Part shown: positions 18,156 to 25,576 of the stretch, one piece after another
Layout: each line of letters begins with the position of its first letter
Numbering within the stretch: the stretch's first letter is position 1
Source: Candidatus Odinarchaeia archaeon
Lineage (GTDB): Archaea > Asgardarchaeota > Odinarchaeia > Odinarchaeales > Odinarchaeaceae
DNA length: 27,700 bases
Reading direction: 5' to 3'
Assembly: GCA_029856525.1 (NCBI GenBank)
Contig: JAHQXC010000008.1
Span: forward strand, 1 to 27,700
Position numbers and translations under genes: made by a program
Notes under the pieces: generated by a model
The model's database searches: none
What the model was told of the DNA's origin: nothing
What the model saw: the letters and a program-made list of their open reading frames with translations, nothing else

Positions 18156-18653
18156 TTAACTTCCAGATTTCACCTTCTTTCTGCTAACGCCTACCGTGGC
18201 CCCGCCTCTAGTAGTTGTTCTAGTATGCTGACCTCTCACCTTAAGGTTTAAAGCGTGGCGTATACCCTTCCAAGACTTTATCTTTCTCATATTATCAATG
18301 TCTTCTTTAAACTTTAAGAATAAATCTGAACCGTATATATGGAGATTTTGACCGGTCTGCGGGTCTTTAACTCTATTAACCATCCAGTAAGGTATACCAT
18401 ATTTTACAGGGTCTTGGAGTATTTCTTCAATTTTTTTAAGCTGAGAGTCATCTAACTCTCCTAGTCTTAAATTCGGGTTAATCTGAGCGGTTTTCAGTAG
18501 AGCTTGAGCGAATCTTATATTTATACCAGGGACTTTAAGTAAAGCGAAAGCTGCTTTTTTAGTCCCGTCCAGATCTGTTTTAGCAAGCCGAACTACATGT
18601 TTAATCTCTTTTGGTAGCGAGAGTTCGACTTCAACATTCTTATTACTCGACAT
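18156..18653 (-). CDS. rps13: 30S ribosomal protein uS13
   Basis: HVVRLAKTDLDG, IPYWMVNR..D..TG, WKGIRH..LKVRGQHTRTT. The frame is open from 18689; ATG 18653 is the likelier start. Confidence 0.96.
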   Translation of the reverse strand: MSSNKNVEVELSLPKEIKHVVRLAKTDLDGTKKAAFALLKVPGINIRFAQALLKTAQINPNLRLGELDDSQLKKIEEILQDPVKYGIPYWMVNRVKDPQTGQNLHIYGSDLFLKFKEDIDNMRKIKSWKGIRHALNLKVRGQHTRTTTRGGATVGVSRKKVKSGS

Positions 18654-18996
18654 AATTCTACCCCGAGATATTTTGAGACACGCATTCAAAAAAGTACACT
18701 GAACTATATTTAAACATTATTAATTAAAGAACCATTCTAGCCTCCGCAATGTGTCTCCCACTTCAGTAGTGGTTTCCTCTTCACAGGCTTCTTAGATAAG
18801 CCCTAGCAACGGATATTTAACCTATTCTACTTATATAAAGCTCTTGTATGAGAGAACGGTGTGTTAACTCTTCCAGCGCTCTTTTCACCTAAGCGTTGAA
18901 TATATTAAAGAGATTCCTCCCAGTAAATATAAGTGTCAATAAAATTTTGTTAACTTTCACTCTACGTTATGTTAAGGAGATCTCCCGGCGATGAAG

Positions 18997-20172
18997 TTAA
19001 ACATGGGATGGGAGGGTTAAGAATACTACTAGAAAGGTTGCCGCGACTAGAAGCGCGGATGCTATTAGAGTAGTATTATAACCGAAAAAATCGAATAATA
19101 ATCCTCCTATAAAAGGAGCTGGAAAAGCTGAAACCCCTCTTATAGCAGTTGACCATCCTATTATTTCCGCCTTTCTTTTATTAGGTGCGCAATCCATTAT
19201 AAACGGGTAAAAGCTTACTATATACGTGGCTCCTACAGCGGCCATGGGAAGCTGTAAGATTAAGATACTGAGATAGTTAGTTGAGAGTAAGAAACCTATT
19301 ATAGTGAAGAAGCCTATTCCCTCGGAGAGGGCGAAAATTTTTTTACGCCCGTATTTATCAGATAGAAAACCACAGACTGGGAGAAGAAACATCATAGCTA
19401 ATAGTTGCAGGCTATTAGCTAAACCTATTTGAAGAAGGTTGAGTTGAAGGTGTAAGTTTAGCATACCTGTGAAAATAGGGTAGAAAATAGACCAGGAGAA
19501 TGCGTCCATAGCCCCTGTCAGATAAACTCTACGTCTCAGCTGTTTCATATCTTTAGAGTCTGATTGAATGCTGCAAATAGGATGAACTAAGCTTGATGTA
19601 TTATTATTTACTGGTTTAAATGTGAGTATAACTATTAGTAGTAGAGTTGAAACACCGGCGATTGTGATGAAAAGCGGAGGGTAACCTAAACTTAAACCAA
19701 TGAATCCTGCTAGTATCCCAGCTACCACTCCGCCTCCGACTCTCATAGAAAAGTTTAATCCGAATCCGCTTCCACGATTCTCAGTTAAAACGCTGTCATC
19801 GACTGAAGCGTAAAACCCTGGGTCGAAGATAGCTGCCCCTATTCTGAATATTATAATAGCGGGTATTAAAATTATTAGATTAAAGAATAAGGCTAGTAGA
19901 GATGACCCTAAAATAAAAAATATTGCGCTTAATAATAGGATGATTCTACGCCCTTTCATATCTGAAAGTTTACCGGTTAGCGGATGGATTAAACTGTAAC
20001 CTAGTTCACCTAAACTTGTTATTATACCTAGAAGAGACATTGATACACCGAATGATGCTATAGCGAATAGCTCCCAGGAAACGTACTGCATGTTTACTAT
20101 CACGCCGCCTATGAAGCTTATAAGCATCATTATGCTAGACAACGGTGTGAGGATTCTACGGTTTAATTTCAT
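18997..20172 (-). CDS. Major facilitator superfamily transporter
   Basis: About 12 hydrophobic segments; MFS motif A twice (GKLSDMKGRR; GFLSDKYGRK). Confidence 0.92.
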   Translation of the reverse strand: MKLNRRILTPLSSIMMLISFIGGVIVNMQYVSWELFAIASFGVSMSLLGIITSLGELGYSLIHPLTGKLSDMKGRRIILLLSAIFFILGSSLLALFFNLIILIPAIIIFRIGAAIFDPGFYASVDDSVLTENRGSGFGLNFSMRVGGGVVAGILAGFIGLSLGYPPLFITIAGVSTLLLIVILTFKPVNNNTSSLVHPICSIQSDSKDMKQLRRRVYLTGAMDAFSWSIFYPIFTGMLNLHLQLNLLQIGLANSLQLLAMMFLLPVCGFLSDKYGRKKIFALSEGIGFFTIIGFLLSTNYLSILILQLPMAAVGATYIVSFYPFIMDCAPNKRKAEIIGWSTAIRGVSAFPAPFIGGLLFDFFGYNTTLIASALLVAATFLVVFLTLPSHV

Positions 20173-20187
20173 AACGGTCTTGGAAAA

Positions 20188-20613
20188 TTATTTTATTCTC
20201 TCTAATATTATAGTTGGACAGACTTTAATAACTCCGCTTAAATTTTCGATTCTTCTAAGAAAAGCGGCTAGTTTCTCAGAGTCTTCGAATAGGCATCTTG
20301 CGAGAATCATGTGATCGCCTGTCGACGTGTACAAGGCTTCGATTTCATCGAATTTTTTAAGTGTTTCAATATTACTTATATATGATTGAGGTGTGGTGTC
20401 TATTCCTATAATAGCCTCCACGTTTAAACCAAGCTTTTTATAATCGACTTCTACGGTGAATTTTCTAATAACCCCCGTGGAGACTAGTTTTTTAACTGCT
20501 TTTCTAACAGCGGCTTCGCTTTTCCCTAATTCACTCGCTATCTTAACGAAGGTTGTTCGCGAATTATTTTTAAGTATTTTTAGAATAGAGTTCAGGTTCG
20601 ATATTCGTAACAT
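20188..20613 (-). CDS. lrpA: Lrp/AsnC family transcriptional regulator, LrpA-like
   Basis: HTH SRTTFVKIASELGKSEAAVRK. The C-terminal TGDHMI and KVCPTIILE motifs match my recollection of Pyrococcus LrpA. Confidence 0.85.
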   Translation of the reverse strand: MLRISNLNSILKILKNNSRTTFVKIASELGKSEAAVRKAVKKLVSTGVIRKFTVEVDYKKLGLNVEAIIGIDTTPQSYISNIETLKKFDEIEALYTSTGDHMILARCLFEDSEKLAAFLRRIENLSGVIKVCPTIILERIK

Positions 20614-20634
20614 AATACTTAAATATCGTCTTAA

Positions 20635-20642
20635 ATTTATAA
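20635..20642. promoter_or_regulatory. Putative shared (bidirectional) TATA box between lrpA and the rubrerythrin gene
   Basis: ATTTATAA, with palindromic core TTATAA at 20637-20642, in a 61-bp divergent gap; about 24 nt from the lrpA ATG and about 33 nt from the rbr ATG. Confidence 0.45.
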
Positions 20643-20674
20643 CATTAACGGAAATACTTTAATGAGGGACACGT

Positions 20675-21115
20675 ATGAGTGAAACATTAAAGAATATAGC
20701 TAAATCTTTTATAGGTGAAAGCATAGCTGCTGTTAAATATTCTCTGTTCGCGGAGATAGCTGAAAAAGAAGGGTTAATAGAAGCTAAAAATCTTTTCATT
20801 AAAACAGCGGAGCAAGAAAAAAATCACGCGAAGATACAATTCAAATTTTTATCAGAATTATGCGGTAAAAAAGACTTGGAAACATTGAAAGTTGAAGTCA
20901 ACATCCCTGTCCAGTTAGGTGATACAATTCAGAATATAAATGCAGCTATAAACGGCGAGATTTACGAGTTTAAAAACATGTACCCGGATTTCGCTGTGAA
21001 AGCTGAAAAAGAAGGTTACAGTGATATAGCGGCAAAGTTTCAAGCTTTAGCTAGAGCTGAGGAAGGCCACGCTGAAAAATACAGTTTATTAATGAAGAAG
21101 ATAAAAAATAGATAG
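20675..21115 (+). CDS. rbr: Rubrerythrin-family ferritin-like di-iron protein lacking the rubredoxin domain
   Basis: FIGES.A..KY..FAEIAEKEG, EQEKNH, GEIYE..MYP.FA..AEKEG, AEEGH. Ends at aa 146 with no CxxC tail. Confidence 0.88.
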   Translation: MSETLKNIAKSFIGESIAAVKYSLFAEIAEKEGLIEAKNLFIKTAEQEKNHAKIQFKFLSELCGKKDLETLKVEVNIPVQLGDTIQNINAAINGEIYEFKNMYPDFAVKAEKEGYSDIAAKFQALARAEEGHAEKYSLLMKKIKNR

Positions 21116-21141
21116 CTAGTAAACTGGAGGGTGTTAGATTC

Positions 21142-22329
21142 ATGGCTGTTAAAGAATTAAAACCGGAGGTTTATTCTGTAGGCGCCTTACACCCGGATAG
21201 AAGACTCTTCGATGAGATAATCCCCCTACCAGATGGAACATCCTATAATTCCTATCTTATCATAGGTAAAAATAAAACAGCGCTTATAGACGCCGTAGAC
21301 CCTGCTAAACAAGATGTTTTAATAGGTAATCTTCGAAGTATGGGAATAAAAGAAATACATTACGTTATCTCAAATCACGCTGAACAGGATCACTCAGGTG
21401 GAATACCTTTAGTTCTCGAAGAATACCCTGAAGCGAAGGTTGTTACAAATATCAAGTGTAAGGAGATGCTTAAAGACTTACTGCTAATCCCGGAGGAGAG
21501 GTTTAAAGTTATAGGAGACGGGGATACACTCAGCTTAGGCGGTAAAAACCTAAAATTTATTATAGCCCCCTGGGTTCACTGGCCTGAAACAATGTTAACA
21601 TATCTTATAGAGGACTCTATTTTATTCTCATGCGACCTATTCGGGTCTCATCTAGCTTCAGATGAGTACTCTACAAGCGTCGATGAGAATAAGCTTTTGA
21701 AAGCGGCTAAAAGATACTATGCTGAAATTATGATGCCCTTCAGAGAGCATATTAAAAGGCACATGGAGGTTCTTCAAAAAATTAAAATAGAGATGATAGC
21801 ACCCAGCCATGGACCGATATATGATAATCCGAATCTAATATTCAACGCATATAAAGATTGGATTTCAGACGACGTTAAGAATATAGTCGTTTTACCCTAT
21901 GTGTCAATGCATGGAAGCACCTTAAAAATGGTTGAATATTTGGTTAAAGCTCTTGAAGAGAAGGGTATAGTTGTTAAACCTTATAATTTAACGAAAACAG
22001 ATATAGGGGAGCTGGCTATGGACCTTGTGGATGCGGCTACAGTGGTTTTAGGAACACCTACAATGCTAATCGGCCCTCATCCCTCTGCATTCTATGCCGC
22101 TTACTTAGTAAACATTCTGAGGCCTAAAACAAAGTATATATCTATTATCGGCTCATACGGTTGGGGTGGTAGAATGCTCGAGTATATTAAAGGGTTGCTC
22201 ACATCTATAAAACCTGAATTAATCGAACCGGTAGTCGTTAAAGGTTATCCTAAACAAGGCGACTTTGAAAAAATAGATCAGCTAGCGGATCGAATAGCAA
22301 CCAAGCATAGAGAGTTGAAGCTGCTTTAA
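21142..22329 (+). CDS. fprA: Flavodiiron protein (FprA / A-type flavoprotein)
   Basis: GTSYNSY, NHAEQDHSG, HWPE, CDLFG, PSHG, YVSMHGST, GSYGWGG (flavodoxin domain). Confidence 0.95.
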   Translation: MAVKELKPEVYSVGALHPDRRLFDEIIPLPDGTSYNSYLIIGKNKTALIDAVDPAKQDVLIGNLRSMGIKEIHYVISNHAEQDHSGGIPLVLEEYPEAKVVTNIKCKEMLKDLLLIPEERFKVIGDGDTLSLGGKNLKFIIAPWVHWPETMLTYLIEDSILFSCDLFGSHLASDEYSTSVDENKLLKAAKRYYAEIMMPFREHIKRHMEVLQKIKIEMIAPSHGPIYDNPNLIFNAYKDWISDDVKNIVVLPYVSMHGSTLKMVEYLVKALEEKGIVVKPYNLTKTDIGELAMDLVDAATVVLGTPTMLIGPHPSAFYAAYLVNILRPKTKYISIIGSYGWGGRMLEYIKGLLTSIKPELIEPVVVKGYPKQGDFEKIDQLADRIATKHRELKLL

Positions 22330-22350
22330 AATATAATATACCGAAGTAAA

Positions 22351-22374
22351 TTACAACTCTTCTCCAGAGTGTAA
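22351..22374 (+). terminator. Possible hairpin terminator downstream of fprA
   Basis: TTAC-A-ACTCT tctcc AGAGT-GTAA stem with one bulge, 22 nt after the stop; a T-run follows about 30 nt later. Confidence 0.25.
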
Positions 22375-22482
22375 ACCAACCGTTGAGATTATTTCACAAC
22401 ATTTTTTTATATTAAGTTTGAGGGAGTATTTTATTTAAAATATGAAATGCCAGTATACAATGTTAATAATGGATGTATTAAC

Positions 22483-23112
22483 ATGGATTATAAACCGCTT
22501 ATAAGTGAAATCGAAAGACTAAAGAATAGCGATGTAAAAAATAAGGTTGCTGAGCGTATTTTAGAGTTTAAAAAAACGGGTGGAAGCGGCTGCGAGGAAA
22601 TATATAAAGAGTTATGTTACTGTATTTTAACCGCTAATTTCAGCGCTGAAAGAGCTATAAGAATACATCAGAGAATATGCGACCGGCTCTCAGATATAAG
22701 CGAAGATGAATTAGAGAGAATATTAAAGGAGAACGGTTACCGCTTCCCTTTCAGAGCAGGTTACATAGTTGCGGCGAGAAAATATAAGGAGAATATAAGA
22801 GAACTTCTGGATAAAAATGTAAGCGAGGAAGAGCTGAGAGAATGGCTTACAAGAAATGTTAAAGGCTTAGGTTACAAGGAGGCTTCTCATTTTATGCGAA
22901 ATATAGGTTACTCTAATATAGCGATAATAGACCGGCATATACTAAGTATACTACGTAGATTTAAAATTTTAAACCCGCCTAAAACATTAACAAAGAGGAA
23001 ATATATTGAAATCGAAAAAATTCTCCGAGAGATAGCCTGTCAAACCAATATAACTTTAGGTGAACTTGACTTATATCTCTGGTATATGGAGACAGGTCGA
23101 GTGTTAAAATAG
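22483..23112 (+). CDS. ogg: 8-oxoguanine DNA N-glycosylase/AP lyase (archaeal Ogg)
   Basis: ELCYCILTAN, YRFP..RA.YI, HhH motif VKGLGYKEASHFMRNIG with catalytic Lys, IIDRHIL, LDLYLWY. The frame is open from 22447; ATG 22483 is the likelier start. Confidence 0.93.
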   Translation: MDYKPLISEIERLKNSDVKNKVAERILEFKKTGGSGCEEIYKELCYCILTANFSAERAIRIHQRICDRLSDISEDELERILKENGYRFPFRAGYIVAARKYKENIRELLDKNVSEEELREWLTRNVKGLGYKEASHFMRNIGYSNIAIIDRHILSILRRFKILNPPKTLTKRKYIEIEKILREIACQTNITLGELDLYLWYMETGRVLK

Positions 23113-23205
23113 AATTAGCTGAAATATTTCAACAATATTTTGAAGCCGTAACCTAGAAATAGAAGAGTATTTTATATAATATTCAACCATATAATCTCGA
23201 TATAA

Positions 23206-23225
23206 GTAGGCTCAGTTAAGCCTAC
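23206..23225. other. Perfect 7-bp inverted repeat / hairpin between ogg and rpl14e
   Basis: GTAGGCT cagtta AGCCTAC. Confidence 0.45.
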
Positions 23226-23319
23226 AAGTTTATGAAAAAGTGGCTTTACACCAATAATCTTTTAAATTATATGTGTTTTTTAGTACCGGGTTGAAGCCTC
23301 CCGTTCAGGAAGGGTGAAA

Positions 23320-23339
23320 CATTAGAGGCGACTCTAATG
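23320..23339 (+). promoter_or_regulatory. 8-bp hairpin with a GNRA tetraloop in the rpl14e leader
   Basis: CATTAGAG gcga CTCTAATG, ending 29 nt before the rpl14e ATG. Confidence 0.45.
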
Positions 23340-23367
23340 CTGACTGCGAAAAAGAGGAGGGTTGTAG

Positions 23368-23640
23368 ATGGCGATTTTAGAAGCTGGTAGAGTCTGCGTT
23401 AAATTATATGGTAGAGAAGCTGGTCGAAAGTGTGTTATAGTCGACGTGATCGATAAAAACTTCGTTCTAGTAACAGGGCCGAAAGAGCTTACAGGAGTCC
23501 GGCGAAGGCGAACGAATATCAAACACATCGAGTTGACGCCTATAAAAATCGATATTAGAAAAGGCGCTGACGACAAAGAGGTTTTAGAGGCTATTCAAAA
23601 AGCGAATCAGACAGAGTATCTTAAAAAACCAGTTAAATAA
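23368..23640 (+). CDS. rpl14e: 50S ribosomal protein eL14
   Basis: EAGRVCVKLYGREAGRKCVIVDVIDKNFVLVTGP..GVRRRRTNIKHIE; strong SD GAGGAGGG. Confidence 0.97.
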   Translation: MAILEAGRVCVKLYGREAGRKCVIVDVIDKNFVLVTGPKELTGVRRRRTNIKHIELTPIKIDIRKGADDKEVLEAIQKANQTEYLKKPVK

Positions 23641-23692
23641 TTAAACATATGATAGGAGAAAACTAAAGTAGATGAAATTTAGAGGCGGTTAA

Positions 23693-24688
23693 TTGGAAGG
23701 CTACCGTTTACCTGTAGACAGAGAGAGGAAGCTTCTGGTTAAGTCAGAGGATACAACAGACCCTAACCACGGTACACCGCCGAATATGAGACCTGTGAGA
23801 GAGTATATAGATAAAGGTTTCATAAACCTTGATAAACCTGCAGGGCCAACTTCTCATGAAGTTGTAGCCTGGGTTAAGCGGATCCTTAAAATAAGGAAAG
23901 CCGGGCACAGCGGAACTTTAGACCCTCAGGTTACAGGGGTACTACCTGTTTTACTTAATAGGGGAACTAAGCTAATTCAAGCATTATTGAATACAGGTAA
24001 AGAGTACATTGTTTTAATGAGGCTTCACAGCCAGGTTCCAGAGAGTAAGCTTAGAGAGGCTATTAGCTTATTTAAAGGTAGAATATATCAGAGACCGCCT
24101 GTAAGATCATCTGTTAAAAGAGAGCTTCGCATTAGAAACATTTACTATATTGATTTACTAGAGGTTTCAGGACGCGACGCTTTAATAATAGTCGGCTGTG
24201 AAGCTGGCACATACGCTCGTAAACTAGTCTATGATATTGGAGAGGTTTTAGGATGCGGCGCTCATATGCAGGAGCTTAGACGGACAAGAAGCGGGCCTCA
24301 TAAAGAAGATGAGACGCTTAAAACTTTACATGAATTATTAGACGCCTATAAATTCTATGAAGAAGAAGGGGATGAGAAAACTATTAAAAATGTGATACAA
24401 CCTATGGAGAACGCTATCCCTCATATTCCAAAAATTATAGTAAGAGACACCGCTGTTGACGCTATATGCCATGGAGCGGCTTTAGCAGCGCCCGGTGTTT
24501 TAAAAGTAGAGTCTGATATTCAACCAAACGATTTAGTTGCATTCTTCACTTTGAAAGGGGAGGTTATAGCTTTAGGGAGAGCTTTAGCCACCACTAAACA
24601 GATTTTAGAGATGAATCACGGTTTAGTTGCTTTAACAGATAGTGTTTTAATGGATACTGGAATATATCCTCCAGCGTGGAAACCTTAA
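23693..24688 (+). CDS. cbf5: H/ACA RNA-guided pseudouridine synthase Cbf5
   Basis: INLDKPAGPTSHEVV, GHSGTLDP (catalytic Asp), YQRPPVRSSVKR, GTYARKL, ELRRTRSG, PUA domain. TTG start. Confidence 0.96.
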   Translation: MEGYRLPVDRERKLLVKSEDTTDPNHGTPPNMRPVREYIDKGFINLDKPAGPTSHEVVAWVKRILKIRKAGHSGTLDPQVTGVLPVLLNRGTKLIQALLNTGKEYIVLMRLHSQVPESKLREAISLFKGRIYQRPPVRSSVKRELRIRNIYYIDLLEVSGRDALIIVGCEAGTYARKLVYDIGEVLGCGAHMQELRRTRSGPHKEDETLKTLHELLDAYKFYEEEGDEKTIKNVIQPMENAIPHIPKIIVRDTAVDAICHGAALAAPGVLKVESDIQPNDLVAFFTLKGEVIALGRALATTKQILEMNHGLVALTDSVLMDTGIYPPAWKP

Positions 24689-24724
24689 ATTATAATTGTG
24701 TAAAACTATAATTAAAGTATTCAA

Positions 24725-24826
24725 GCGGGGGTAGCCAAGCGGACTACGGCGCAAGCCTGGAGATATTAAACTTGGAAGCTTGTGATCCATTGGATCGCGC
24801 GGGTTCGAATCCCGCCCCCCGCGCCA
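24725..24826 (+). tRNA. tRNA-Ser(GGA) with a 14-nt intron at 37/38 and encoded CCA
   Basis: Acceptor stem GCGGGGG/CCCCCGC, G73, CCA. Anticodon stem CAAGC/GCTTG; loop CT-GGA-G|A after removing 24763-24776. Long variable arm GATCC-att-GGATC; T arm GCGGG-TTCGAAT-CCCGC. Confidence 0.95.
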
Positions 24827-24829
24827 TTT

Positions 24830-25387
24830 TCAACGCGTTAAACGCTTATTCATATTTGAAATATACTCGTCTATAGCTGTTAAAAGTATTTTTGTAACGC
24901 TTTCTATCGGATATATATCCGTGTTTAAAATAATATCGTAGATGCTGAGATCTGAGATATCTATACCATATATTTTCTTATATCTTATCCGCTCACTCTC
25001 CTCTCGTGCAAGCGTCTCCCTTCTAGCCTCTTCAAGGCTTTTCCCATCTCTCTCCGCAACCCTTCTTATCTCGGTTTCTAACGGACATTTCAAATAGATT
25101 CTAAACGCTTCAATATCTTTAGTCATCCACGCTGTAAGCCTGCCCTCTAATACTATATTCCCTTCTTCAGCCAGTCTCCTAGTTCTTTTATCTATTTCAA
25201 GATCTATGCTTTTATCGTCTACAACATGTGCGGAAAGCTGTTCTAAGCTTAAACCTCTCTCCTTCGCTATATCTCTGAAAATACTGCCCGCTGACGCGTA
25301 TTTTAAACCGTATTTTTTAGCTATTATAGTAGCCTGTGTAGTTTTACCTGTGCCGGCTGAACCGCTTATACATATAACAAGCTTCAT
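24830..25387 (-). CDS. cmk: Cytidylate kinase (archaeal type)
   Basis: ICISGSAGTGKTT, SAGSIFRDIA, DLEIDKR, VLEGRL, IRRVAERD, ESERIRYKKIYGID. Confidence 0.95.
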   Translation of the reverse strand: MKLVICISGSAGTGKTTQATIIAKKYGLKYASAGSIFRDIAKERGLSLEQLSAHVVDDKSIDLEIDKRTRRLAEEGNIVLEGRLTAWMTKDIEAFRIYLKCPLETEIRRVAERDGKSLEEARRETLAREESERIRYKKIYGIDISDLSIYDIILNTDIYPIESVTKILLTAIDEYISNMNKRLTR

Positions 25388-25572
25388 ACCGCCGCCTCTC
25401 TGCGCACGCCGGCTTTGATTATTTCAGCTACACAGTTATGGCAGAGGTTACCTGAAAATATTCTAGACACGTTTTTCATAGACTTACTCATTTTAGATAA
25501 TTCGACTATACTCTTTTTAGGGATGCCGTTAAGCCGCTTACCGCATTTAGAGCATTTAGCCACTAACACCAC
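25384..25572 (-). CDS. rpl34e: 50S ribosomal protein eL34, N-terminally shortened
   Basis: AKCSKCGKRLNGIP...VSRIFSGNLCHNC; conserved position between DUF106 and cmk; 4-bp overlap with cmk. Confidence 0.88.
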   Translation of the reverse strand: MVLVAKCSKCGKRLNGIPKKSIVELSKMSKSMKNVSRIFSGNLCHNCVAEIIKAGVRREAAV

Positions 25573-25576
25573 CCCC

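Noticed and set aside
18889-18900. 8-bp inverted matches (TTCAACGC, AACGCTTA) to the cmk 3' end at 24829-24848 as inversion breakpoints
   Set aside because: Too short to exceed chance in AT-rich DNA, and the frame ending here does not resemble Cmk.
18690-18996. Small ORFs in the rps13-MFS gap (e.g. minus-strand MKRALEELTHRSLIQELYISRIG)
   Set aside because: Under 25 aa with no motif; more likely promoter, terminator or rearrangement-junction DNA.
21142-22329. Idea that FprA is an F420H2 oxidase fed by the CBS-Fno enzyme
   Set aside because: It keeps the Trp in GSYGWGG. As I recall, methanogen F420H2 oxidases lack this Trp, so a rubredoxin-type donor is more likely. The genes are also about 17 kb apart.
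23230-23345. Box C/D or H/ACA guide RNA next to cbf5
   Set aside because: A CTGA is present at 23340, but there is no good box C (RTGATGA) at proper spacing and no K-turn/ACA arrangement.
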